Assembly (NCBI GenBank): GCA_046861395.1
Contig: JBHHUC010000003.1
Span: forward strand, 18,317-82,316
DNA length: 64,000 nt
From: Fidelibacterota bacterium
GTDB lineage: Bacteria > Fidelibacterota > Marinisomatia > Marinisomatales > JABMOV01
Direction: 5' to 3'
The notes below the pieces were generated by a model that was not told the origin of the DNA, did not search any database, and saw only the letters and a list, made by a program, of their open reading frames with translations. Position 1 is the stretch's first letter. Every line of letters starts with the position of its first letter. Made by a program: the position numbers and the translations under genes. Below, in pieces: positions 10,318-19,335 of this stretch.

Positions 10318-11351
10318 ATTGCCGCCAGGAGTCTTTGGATTTGAACGTGGTCCTCAACCAGTTCATTCAGCAGCTTCAGTTTATCATCATCTCCGGGACG
10401 GGTGACAGAAACCAGGTGTTCCACCCTTTTCGCCGCATTATAGGTATCATTCGGGACCAGGATCAGCGGAATATTGTTGGCCGATGCTTTGGCAATGATA
10501 TTTGCCGGTGGAAGCAAATCATTGGTGAGAATGACACCGGCGCTTCCCGTTTCAATCGCCGCCAAAATCATGTCACTGCGATCACCGCTGGTAATAATCA
10601 GTTTTCCTGGTTTGCGGAATGATTGCATTCGCATGACCGAATCACCTGACATGGCACCCACAAACACTTTCGCCACCCTGTTCTGCATCCCATTTGTCCC
10701 GGCTATGACACGGGCGTGTAATAATTCCAGGATGGTGCTTATCGTGGGTCGATTCAGATGATCGTTTCGGGGAATCATGCCCCATACCGGTAGGGAGAAA
10801 TTGTTTAATTCCTGCTGAAATTTCTCTCTGAACTGGTCTTTATGGTGAATTTTATTTACAACCAGCCCCAGCAGTTGGGTATCAAGACGGGAATTCAGCA
10901 GATCAAGATAATCCATATCATCGATAATCTGGTCGGCTGTTCCACTGGTGACAAGTATAATTCCGGCTTCGAGAGTATGGCTGAGTGAAATGGCATCCAG
11001 TCCCAGGGATCGTCCGGTGGCCAGAAATCCGCCTGTTTCGATTATGACCATATCGCGATCCTCAAACCGGGTCATTTGTTCTTGAATCTTCCGGATGACC
11101 GTTTTCGGCGTATAATCAAGCCGCAATTTGGAATGGTCGAAACCGATGGACAAGGCGCCAGGTTCAGTCTGCAATCCCATCAGCGACACCATCAATTCGG
11201 CATCATAATCCCACATTTGCTTATCATGGTAGAATAATCGATCACCAAAGGGTTTTAGATACCCTACGCGGCCCAAATGCGCACCCAGGCCTGCAATAAA
11301 ACTGGTTTTCCCCGAATTGGGATAAAGGGAAGCAATAATCAATTTCTTCAT
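10314..11351 (-). CDS. Phosphotransacetylase N-terminal-like protein (AAA_26/BioD-like plus DRTGG domain), no Pta catalytic domain
   Basis: SGKT P-loop, GYLKP.G, VGAM, ITSGDRSD motifs; only 345 aa. Confidence 0.85.
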   Translation of the reverse strand: MKKLIIASLYPNSGKTSFIAGLGAHLGRVGYLKPFGDRLFYHDKQMWDYDAELMVSLMGLQTEPGALSIGFDHSKLRLDYTPKTVIRKIQEQMTRFEDRDMVIIETGGFLATGRSLGLDAISLSHTLEAGIILVTSGTADQIIDDMDYLDLLNSRLDTQLLGLVVNKIHHKDQFREKFQQELNNFSLPVWGMIPRNDHLNRPTISTILELLHARVIAGTNGMQNRVAKVFVGAMSGDSVMRMQSFRKPGKLIITSGDRSDMILAAIETGSAGVILTNDLLPPANIIAKASANNIPLILVPNDTYNAAKRVEHLVSVTRPGDDDKLKLLNELVEDHVQIQRLLAAI

Positions 11352-13474
11352 TTGACACCTTCCTCGTTTAGGACAATACGAACATCCACCGCTTTGACAC
11401 CCTGACCTTCATCATAGACGACCAGGGGATTAATTTCAATATCACTGATGCGCGGATCGGCGTTAAATATCGTAATAATCCGCTTCATCGCCGACACAAT
11501 GGCCGGAATATCCTTGCGCTTCTGTCCCCGCACTCCCAGGAGCAGAGCATAAGCCCGGACATGCTTGATCATGGCGTAGAGGGTTTCATCGGATACCGGC
11601 AGGGCCCGGAAGACAACATCTTTCATGACTTCGACGTATATCCCGCCCAGGCCGAACATAATGATAGGACCGAACGTCGGGTCTTTCCGTACGCCGATTA
11701 TGACTTCGGTCCCAGGAGCAATCTGTTCATCCAGTTCAATGCCCTGGATAACGGCATTTGGGCGGTGAGATTTACATTTTCGCATGATTATCTGCCAGCC
11801 ATTGGCAACATCTTCGGAATGATTGATATTTAACAGAACACCGCCCACATCACTTTTATGCAGAATATCCTCTGAAACCACTTTCATCACGATGGGATAT
11901 CCCATGGTTTCGGCCACCCGAATGGCTTCCGGCAAAGATGATAGCACAGCACTCTGAGGTCGTGGTATTCCCACTTCATCCAGAACGGCCTGTCCTTCAT
12001 TGGCCAGGAGAAACGTCCGGTCTTCACGCCGTGCGTGGGAAATAATAGATTCGATAACGTGATTTGATTTCTTCTTGACAAACGATTGTACCGGTCGATT
12101 GACCGTATGAAAAAAGTGATAGATGGCCCCCAGGCTCGATACGGCCTGATAAACTTCACCGAAAACTGGAATATTCCGCTGCGTCAGAAGATCAATGCTT
12201 TGCTCAGTCTTCTCCCCGCCAAACATGGCAAAAATAATGGGCATGTTTTGTTTCATATACTCCGAATAAATGGAAGCAATCATCCGGCTTAACCGTTCCG
12301 CTGACATCATGGCCGTTTCACAATACAGCGCAATGACGGAATGGATTTTATCGTCCTCCAGGGCGCGTAACAGTGCTTTGCGGTAGTCTTCTTCCGTCGC
12401 CTCCCCTGTCAGATCCACCGGATTCTTCGTCGATCCGAATCCATGTACGACATCCTGGAATATTTCTCTGAGCCGGCTGAAATCCTCGTAGAGATGCACA
12501 TGATATTTTTCACAGGCATCCGTTGCCAAGACACCGACACCGCCACCATTCGTAATAATAACGGTCCCCGGTCCCTGCGGCAGCGGAGTCTGGGAAAAAA
12601 CCCGGCTCCAGTCCAGTGCTTCCTGTACATTTTCGGCTCTCAGAACACCAACCTGATCCATGATGGCGCTGAATATTTCATCCGAGCCAGCCAAAGACCC
12701 GGTATGGGATGCCGCCGCAATGGCACCACGGCGGGAACGGCCTGATTTAATCACAATGACTGGTTTTATCCGGGTCGCTTTGCGTAGTTGAGTGATGAGG
12801 CGATGGCCATCGTGTATTCCCTCGATATACATGAGAATGACACGCGTTAAATCATCTGTCACTAAATATTCCAGCAGATCACTTTCATCCAGGTCCGATT
12901 TATTGCCGACACTGATAATGGCACTCAATCCAATATTCTGGATGGCCGTTTTCCCAATCATGGCTACACCCAGGGCGCCGCTCTGGGTAATAATGGCTAC
13001 CGAACCCGGTTTAATATCCCGCGGACCGAAGGAGGCATTCAGGTTGACGCCATGAGAATAATGTCCGAAAATATTGGGCCCCAGAATTCGCATCCCGTAT
13101 TCATGGGCCAGAGATACCAGCTCTCGTTCCCGGTCCAGCTCTCCCACCTCGGAAAACCCCGAACTGATAACAGTCAAATACTGCACACCCCTTTCCCCGC
13201 AATGACTGGCGGCTTCAGCTACGCGCATAGCCGGTACAATAATGACGGCAACATCCGGTGTTTCCGGTAAATCATGAATCGACGAATAGATGGGTAACCC
13301 AAGAATTTCTCCTCCCTTGGGATTGACCGGATAGATTTTTCCCTCGTAGCCCCCGGCAATAATATTATCGATGACCTTATACCCGATTTTCCCGGCTGAT
13401 GTTGACGCACCGATAATGGCAATGGATTGAGGATTGAATAAGGTCCGAATGGGCGGTGGTTCGCAGGCAGGCAT
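11348..13474 (-). CDS. ADP-forming acetate/acyl-CoA ligase (fused alpha-beta)
   Basis: IAIIGAS..GK.G, LGPN.FG, QSGALG, SHTGSLAG phospho-His, TNGGG.G, NPVDL, HKSDVGGV, DPTFGP..MFG.GG, EINPL motifs. Confidence 0.92.
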   Translation of the reverse strand: MPACEPPPIRTLFNPQSIAIIGASTSAGKIGYKVIDNIIAGGYEGKIYPVNPKGGEILGLPIYSSIHDLPETPDVAVIIVPAMRVAEAASHCGERGVQYLTVISSGFSEVGELDRERELVSLAHEYGMRILGPNIFGHYSHGVNLNASFGPRDIKPGSVAIITQSGALGVAMIGKTAIQNIGLSAIISVGNKSDLDESDLLEYLVTDDLTRVILMYIEGIHDGHRLITQLRKATRIKPVIVIKSGRSRRGAIAAASHTGSLAGSDEIFSAIMDQVGVLRAENVQEALDWSRVFSQTPLPQGPGTVIITNGGGVGVLATDACEKYHVHLYEDFSRLREIFQDVVHGFGSTKNPVDLTGEATEEDYRKALLRALEDDKIHSVIALYCETAMMSAERLSRMIASIYSEYMKQNMPIIFAMFGGEKTEQSIDLLTQRNIPVFGEVYQAVSSLGAIYHFFHTVNRPVQSFVKKKSNHVIESIISHARREDRTFLLANEGQAVLDEVGIPRPQSAVLSSLPEAIRVAETMGYPIVMKVVSEDILHKSDVGGVLLNINHSEDVANGWQIIMRKCKSHRPNAVIQGIELDEQIAPGTEVIIGVRKDPTFGPIIMFGLGGIYVEVMKDVVFRALPVSDETLYAMIKHVRAYALLLGVRGQKRKDIPAIVSAMKRIITIFNADPRISDIEINPLVVYDEGQGVKAVDVRIVLNEEGVK

Positions 13475-13600
13475 TGATTTTTCTTATGACTAATGATGAG
13501 AACTAAAGGTAAAAGTTACTGAGTTTAGGGTAATGTTTCTATGTTTCCATTTTGATTTCTACCGGCATTACATTTACTTTACTTTCTTTATCTGGGAGGT

Positions 13601-14203
13601 ATGATGCTGAATTACATCTGGCTGGGAATGGTTATCATTGCCGTGGTGGTTGGGTCATTTACAGGGAATATTGATGCAGTCACCCAGGCGGCAATTGATA
13701 TGTCAAAAACAGCCGTTACCATTGCCATTGGTTTAATCGGAATTATGGCTTTATGGCTGGGAGTCATGAAAATCGCCGAGGAATCCGGGTTGATAAGATT
13801 GATCGCACTGGGACTCAAACCAATTACGGTACGGTTATTTCCGGATGTACCGCCGGATCATCCTGCCATGGGATCGATTATCTTGAATATGGCAGCCAAT
13901 ATCCTGGGGCTTGGTAATGCAGCCACACCGCTGGGCCTCAAGGCGATGGAAGAATTGCAGGAATTAAACGACGATAAGGAAACAGCATCGAATGCCATGA
14001 TCACTTTCCTGGCGATTAATACCTCCAGTGTTCAGTTGATACTACCAGCCACGGTCATTGGACTGATGGGGACCGTAGCCAATCAAATATTTATTACCAC
14101 CATTGTGGCTACCAGTATTTCTACAATCGTAGCGATTACAGCGGTCAAGTTCCTGGAAAAACGCAAACGATTCTCGTACCGGAAGGAAGAAGGGTCGATA
14201 TGA
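13601..14203 (+). CDS. spmA: SpmA-like nucleoside-recognition (Gate) membrane protein
   Basis: MLNYIW, LWLG.MKIAE.SGL, LFPDVP.DHPA, ANILGLGNAATPLGLKAMEELQ motifs. Confidence 0.9.
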   Translation: MMLNYIWLGMVIIAVVVGSFTGNIDAVTQAAIDMSKTAVTIAIGLIGIMALWLGVMKIAEESGLIRLIALGLKPITVRLFPDVPPDHPAMGSIILNMAANILGLGNAATPLGLKAMEELQELNDDKETASNAMITFLAINTSSVQLILPATVIGLMGTVANQIFITTIVATSISTIVAITAVKFLEKRKRFSYRKEEGSI

Positions 14204-14745
14204 TAGATACCATCGTAGCGATTTTGAACGAAGGCTCCAAGTATATTATTCCCTTGTTGATCACCGGAATTCCCGCTTATGGATTATGGGTGAAGAAGGT
14301 AAAAGTCTATGAAGTCTTTGTCGAAGGGGCCAAAGACGGATTCACCATTGCCGTACGTATCATTCCCTATCTCGTGGCCATCCTGGTGGCCATCGGAATG
14401 TTTCGTGCTTCCGGTGCCCTTGATCTCATGCTGAAAGGTCTGGCTCCTTTCCTTAATCTCATTGGATTCCCACCGGAAAACCTTCCGCTGGCCCTCATGC
14501 GTCCCTTGTCAGGAAGTGGATCTCTGGGATTGTTGACTGACCTGGTAAACGAATACGGAGCCGACTCCCTGTTTGCCAAAATAGGAGCCACCATGTTCGG
14601 CTCGACCGAAACAACCTTCTACGTTCTGGCTGTTTATTTCGGTTCGGTAGGTATTAAGAAAACAAGACACGCATTACCGGCGGGATTACTGGCCGACCTG
14701 GCCGGTGTCCTGGCTGCTGTCTATATATGTAAACTTCTGTTTTAA
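14200..14745 (+). CDS. spmB: SpmB-like nucleoside-recognition (Gate) membrane protein
   Basis: VYE.FVEGAK.GF, RPLSGSGS, GSTETTFYV.AVYFGSVGI motifs. Confidence 0.9.
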   Translation: MIDTIVAILNEGSKYIIPLLITGIPAYGLWVKKVKVYEVFVEGAKDGFTIAVRIIPYLVAILVAIGMFRASGALDLMLKGLAPFLNLIGFPPENLPLALMRPLSGSGSLGLLTDLVNEYGADSLFAKIGATMFGSTETTFYVLAVYFGSVGIKKTRHALPAGLLADLAGVLAAVYICKLLF

Positions 14746-14748
14746 CCG

Positions 14749-17076
14749 CTATCCGGGAGTAATCTGGCCTTCCATGGATTTCTCCAGCCGTTGCGCCGTA
14801 TCCAGAAATTCTGCCACGGTCAATTGCCGGATGAAAATAACGCCATGGGCGGCCCGTAATCGCGGATGTTCATTCCGGTACCAGAAATCGCGCCCCAAAA
14901 TCAATTCCATCAACTGATGTTGCTCCACCCATATCTTTTGGGTAAGATCGCAAAACGGACCGTCCAGTTCATAGCTGGGATAGGAGGCATCTTTTTGACT
15001 CAGATAACAACTCATAAAGGTATCACGCATCACGGACATGGAATTCAGCGAAACGGGAACAATGATATCGGCCTCTGAGGGATCAAAGCGATACCAGACA
15101 TTACGATAACCCCAGATTTTCACCTGAGAAAGATCTTTCTCCTTTTGCCAGGAACGAAGTGCTTCGGCAATCGTCTGCAATACTTTGTAATGCGTATCGG
15201 GTCCGCTGCCTTCCGGATCCATGGCCAGGGTTATGACCGTAGGATTGACTTCGCGTAACAGATCCAGTACAGGTGAAACATCACGCTGTTTCTGCGGATT
15301 TTCCGTAAAGATATCGCCGGTATAGAACCCCAGTCGCAAATGATGAACATCCTTAACCTGAACGCCATAATGGGCCCACACCAGTTCTTCCTCAAATTCG
15401 CGGATCATACCCTTAAGACGCTGGACATCCGGCGTATTTTTCTCACCGTCATAACAACGATCGAGATAATTAATTACTTCCGTGATCTGATTTTCCGTTT
15501 CCTCAATGGTTCGGGTTCCGTAAATGTCCACAACAGCCCGGACCAGCCGGTGGCACAAGCCCCGCAACTGACCCTCGAAGTTCTTCGATGCAATCCGGTC
15601 CAGATAGTGATACACATCCTTGTCCTGCTTTTTCCCATATCCCGTCGTAAAAAAGTTGGGATAGCGCATCATTTGAATTTGTCCGGTACGGATAAATGAT
15701 ACTGTTTTCTCCAGTATTTTTTTTACATAATGATTTGTTACCGACGTAAATCCCGATGTCATATTCACAAAGATGTTTTGATTGTCCGGCGAACGCACCA
15801 GGTGAATAACATGGGGTAAATACCCCAACATGATATCATCATGATGGGGGCCGGTATGCAGGAATGTTTCATTGGAATAAGGTTTGATACCCAGGGCAAT
15901 CTTTTCCCGGAAAGAGGTCAGGATGGAATCAATGACCGTGGGTGAAATATCCGGTATTTTCTGTCCCACCGGGTGCGAACGTAATTGTTCGGGATTCAAT
16001 TTTGTCCCAAAGGAATGTAAATCCTGACAAACCTGGATGAATACTTTTTCAATCATTTTACGAGACCAGGGCGCGGTGTTGACTTCCAGGGATCTGGAGT
16101 CCGTCAGAGCTGTGGCAGCGCCGCCGGTCAGGTAGAAACGTCCGTTTTCCAATCGCTGCAGAACACTGCCGGGGTATTTATTCTGCAGTGGATGTTCCAA
16201 AGCGTTTTTAACAATGGGGGCCTTGGCCTCTCCGGCAGCAATTATAATCGCGGTTGCATCTGGATTGGCGGTAATGGTTTGCAGTCCGATGGTAATGACG
16301 AGGCGATTCCGTGATATTTCAATTCCCCCCAAATCTGTTGCAGCAGCGGCCTGGGTCTCAAAATTGGTTTCGGTCAGACGGGTTGTGGAATGAACATCCG
16401 ACCCTTTCACATTGAAGGCAATATGACCGTCGGGACCGATACCGCCTAGGAAAAAGCCAATGCCGCCCAGGTCCTGAATCCGGGATTCATATTCACTACA
16501 CCATTGATCCACGAGGAAAATGGTTTCCTGCTGAATTTCTTCCAAGGAATTCCTGGGAGTTCGCACTCTCAGGCTTAAATCAACATGATGATCCGGAAAA
16601 ATGTCCAGCAAGGAATAGCCGGCCGGTGTAGGCAATTCATCACAGTCGATCAGGAGGGCCTTTGTTGCATCAAGTCCGAAACCGCGTATATAAAAACGCT
16701 GATCATAGTTATAGAAACTATTGTGCTGCTCCGGATTGATGGGATAGAATTCATCAATTTGAACAAATCGTAGACTGGATAATTCAGGTTTATTGCCGGA
16801 ATGAAAGCCGGATGATTCCCGTAACTCCGCCAAGCGGGGATTATCCCATTCTGACAGTAAATACTGCACCCATTTAATGAAATATTCCGGTGTTTTCCCG
16901 GTAGGCAAACTAATCACACCTTCCGGATTTTCCGTGACCCACTCCAGGAAACGCAGCGCTGTCAGGAAGCCAAGTTGGGGAAAATTGTTGACTACAATGT
17001 AGGGTATCCGGGTCATGGGTGCCGGACGCCCTGACATCTGAAAAAATGTTTTTTCCACTGATGATGTAAAATGCAT
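14749..17076 (-). CDS. nagB: Glucosamine-6-phosphate deaminase, long form fused to a PIG-L/LmbE-like deacetylase domain
   Basis: LPTGKTP, IDEFYP, LGGIGPDGHIAFN, ITIG motifs; C-terminal PHHDD (HxDD) and GPDTH motifs. Confidence 0.87.
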   Translation of the reverse strand: MHFTSSVEKTFFQMSGRPAPMTRIPYIVVNNFPQLGFLTALRFLEWVTENPEGVISLPTGKTPEYFIKWVQYLLSEWDNPRLAELRESSGFHSGNKPELSSLRFVQIDEFYPINPEQHNSFYNYDQRFYIRGFGLDATKALLIDCDELPTPAGYSLLDIFPDHHVDLSLRVRTPRNSLEEIQQETIFLVDQWCSEYESRIQDLGGIGFFLGGIGPDGHIAFNVKGSDVHSTTRLTETNFETQAAAATDLGGIEISRNRLVITIGLQTITANPDATAIIIAAGEAKAPIVKNALEHPLQNKYPGSVLQRLENGRFYLTGGAATALTDSRSLEVNTAPWSRKMIEKVFIQVCQDLHSFGTKLNPEQLRSHPVGQKIPDISPTVIDSILTSFREKIALGIKPYSNETFLHTGPHHDDIMLGYLPHVIHLVRSPDNQNIFVNMTSGFTSVTNHYVKKILEKTVSFIRTGQIQMMRYPNFFTTGYGKKQDKDVYHYLDRIASKNFEGQLRGLCHRLVRAVVDIYGTRTIEETENQITEVINYLDRCYDGEKNTPDVQRLKGMIREFEEELVWAHYGVQVKDVHHLRLGFYTGDIFTENPQKQRDVSPVLDLLREVNPTVITLAMDPEGSGPDTHYKVLQTIAEALRSWQKEKDLSQVKIWGYRNVWYRFDPSEADIIVPVSLNSMSVMRDTFMSCYLSQKDASYPSYELDGPFCDLTQKIWVEQHQLMELILGRDFWYRNEHPRLRAAHGVIFIRQLTVAEFLDTAQRLEKSMEGQITPG

Positions 17077-17112
17077 AGTTTAAATTAAATCAAATATTCA
17101 ATGCTATTCCGC

Positions 17113-18255
17113 CTATAAACACAATTTACCAAGAATGACCTGGGCACCTGCTCCTGTCACGGTAGGCAGATTCGCCGGGATGCCTTTCACAAAGGCCGCG
17201 GCCAGAAGAGCAAAGACAAAAGCTTCCTTGCCATCAATATCAATATTGAAATCCGACGAGAACGATATACCGCTTTCTCCCACTCGTTGCTTCAGCCCGG
17301 CAATGACGGCCGAATGATGAGCGCCTCCTCCGCTGATAATCAGACGATATTCCGCATCCTTTATGAACCGGCGGCAACCAATGATAATTGTTTCCGCCGT
17401 AAAGGCCGCCAGCGTGGACAGACAATCGGGGACGGACAACGACATCAATTCCGGCCAATGGGATTCAATCCAGGATTCGCCATACCGGTCACGTCCAGTG
17501 GATTTAGGCGGGTCCTTCTGAATAAATTCATCTTCCTGGATCCATTGCTCGACCAATTCCATCTTCGGAGTCCCCAGGCCGGCCGTTCTTCCCTTTTCAT
17601 CCACACCACTTCGTCCCAAACGTTGCCACGCCTCATCCAATAACGCCATTCCGGGTCCCGTATCGCATCCTGTCGTTTCCCTCTGATCTTTCCAGAGTAC
17701 GGTAATATTGCTGATTCCCCCAATATTCACACAGATTCTGTTTTCGGTTGGCGTAAAGAATACGCGTTGATCGATCCAGGGAACCAGCGGTGCGCCGCAA
17801 CCGCCGGCTGCAATATCATTGGAACGGAAATCATGAATCACCGGAACCTCAAATGTCCGTGCCAGATAGGAGACTTCACCAATTTGCAACGATGCAATGC
17901 CATGCTCATGATAAATGGTCTGACCGTGGGATCCGATTAAATCAAGTTCTGTTCTTTCCGCCGGACTCAGTTGTTCGCGAACCGTTGCGGCGACCCAGCG
18001 ACCCAACCGATGGTGTAATTCGCCTACCGAATCATTCGGGCCGCGGACGGCAGCAACGATGGCATTTTTTAGAGATGAGGGATACGGAACGGTTTTCGAC
18101 CAGTGAATGGAATAATGCAAGGTGGCCGGAGTCAGAGAAAGGATGCAATAGCATAAATCAAGGCCATCCATGGATGTCCCTGACATCAATCCCAGGGTCG
18201 TAATTTTGTCCTGACAATTTAACCTGGCCAGGATGGTGTCCGGTGATTCAACCAT
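17113..18255 (-). CDS. anmK: Anhydro-N-acetylmuramic acid kinase
   Basis: GLMSGTSMDGLD, GSHGQT..H, DFR..D.AAGG.GAPLVP, NIGGISN, DTGPG, PPKSTGR, KEA..FA motifs. Confidence 0.96.
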   Translation of the reverse strand: MVESPDTILARLNCQDKITTLGLMSGTSMDGLDLCYCILSLTPATLHYSIHWSKTVPYPSSLKNAIVAAVRGPNDSVGELHHRLGRWVAATVREQLSPAERTELDLIGSHGQTIYHEHGIASLQIGEVSYLARTFEVPVIHDFRSNDIAAGGCGAPLVPWIDQRVFFTPTENRICVNIGGISNITVLWKDQRETTGCDTGPGMALLDEAWQRLGRSGVDEKGRTAGLGTPKMELVEQWIQEDEFIQKDPPKSTGRDRYGESWIESHWPELMSLSVPDCLSTLAAFTAETIIIGCRRFIKDAEYRLIISGGGAHHSAVIAGLKQRVGESGISFSSDFNIDIDGKEAFVFALLAAAFVKGIPANLPTVTGAGAQVILGKLCL

Positions 18256-18291
18256 TCTGGTCCACCGGGAAAAGAGTAATAGTTCCGTTGA

Positions 18292-19335
18292 TTAAAGTTT
18301 GAATCCCAGAGATACGCGCTGGACGCCTTTCAGACGCTGAAAGTCGGTGTAGGAATAATCGATTTTTATCACGGTAGCCGATCCCCAGATCCGATAATTA
18401 ATGCCAAGACCATAGGACAATCCTTCTTCGGCAGTATCGCGGAACAGATTGGCATAACCTGTGCGGAGGAAGAACATATTGTTTAATGCCAATTCTACAC
18501 CGGCATTAACGGCTTCGGTATTATCATTGGGATGGATCGCGTCCAGGGCGAAACTCAAGCGGGTAACATCGGTATTAATCAATTCGCTGGACACGCCAAC
18601 ACGAAACATCAGCGGTAAGGGAAAGCGGTCCGTTTTATACCGTGCATCAACGTACTCTACTGTTCCCAGGTTGTCGGGATCGGGGTCGATGCTGATATCC
18701 AAGTCCCGCCCATCCAGTCTCATGCCGCCGCCATAGTTGGAAATACTGGCTCCCAGCCGGGTATCTCCAAACGGTGTGATAAAGAGTATTCCCAGATCAC
18801 CGGCCACAGTGGTGGCTTTCGAATGCCAGATATTTTCATGAATCATTTTTACCGTACCACCAAGCGAAAAATGATCAGTCAGCTTCCTGGCATATGTCAG
18901 ATTCAATGCCAACCCGCCGGCTTCCCAGTATTCGCCGGTACCTTCCGGATTTTCGACGGTTCGAACGATATCTCGGGGAACACTCAGACTGTTAACGGAG
19001 AGACCCAACACACCGAAACGTCCCGTATTAATGGTGGCGGCAGCAAAGTTCACATCCGTATTGACCAACCAGGCATTGTTGACTACGACCAGATGAAGTC
19101 CTTGCAGGCCGGCGATTCCAGCCGGATTCCAAAAGATTGAGCCAATATCACCGGACATGGCTACGAAGGCATTTCCCATTGATGATCCTCTTGCATCGGC
19201 TCCGATTTTCAGAAATGAAGCTGCCGTAGTCCCGGTCTTGGTAATGGTTTCCGTAATGGACTGAGCTTGAAGGCCGATCCAACATAATCCGATTAATAAT
19301 ATTGTTATTTTTATATTTTGTGTGAATTTCATCAT
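18292..19335 (-). CDS. PorV/PorQ-family outer-membrane beta-barrel (copy 1)
   Basis: Signal peptide; FLKIG.DAR..SMG.A..A....WNPAG N-terminal PorV/FadL-like motif; amphipathic strands ending DYSY..LGFKL. Confidence 0.85.
   Translation of the reverse strand: MMKFTQNIKITILLIGLCWIGLQAQSITETITKTGTTAASFLKIGADARGSSMGNAFVAMSGDIGSIFWNPAGIAGLQGLHLVVVNNAWLVNTDVNFAAATINTGRFGVLGLSVNSLSVPRDIVRTVENPEGTGEYWEAGGLALNLTYARKLTDHFSLGGTVKMIHENIWHSKATTVAGDLGILFITPFGDTRLGASISNYGGGMRLDGRDLDISIDPDPDNLGTVEYVDARYKTDRFPLPLMFRVGVSSELINTDVTRLSFALDAIHPNDNTEAVNAGVELALNNMFFLRTGYANLFRDTAEEGLSYGLGINYRIWGSATVIKIDYSYTDFQRLKGVQRVSLGFKL

Noticed and set aside
13601..14745. spmAB and SpoIID as evidence of sporulation
   Set aside because: Both families occur in non-sporulating bacteria; TBDRs and PorV-like genes indicate a diderm FCB-type organism.
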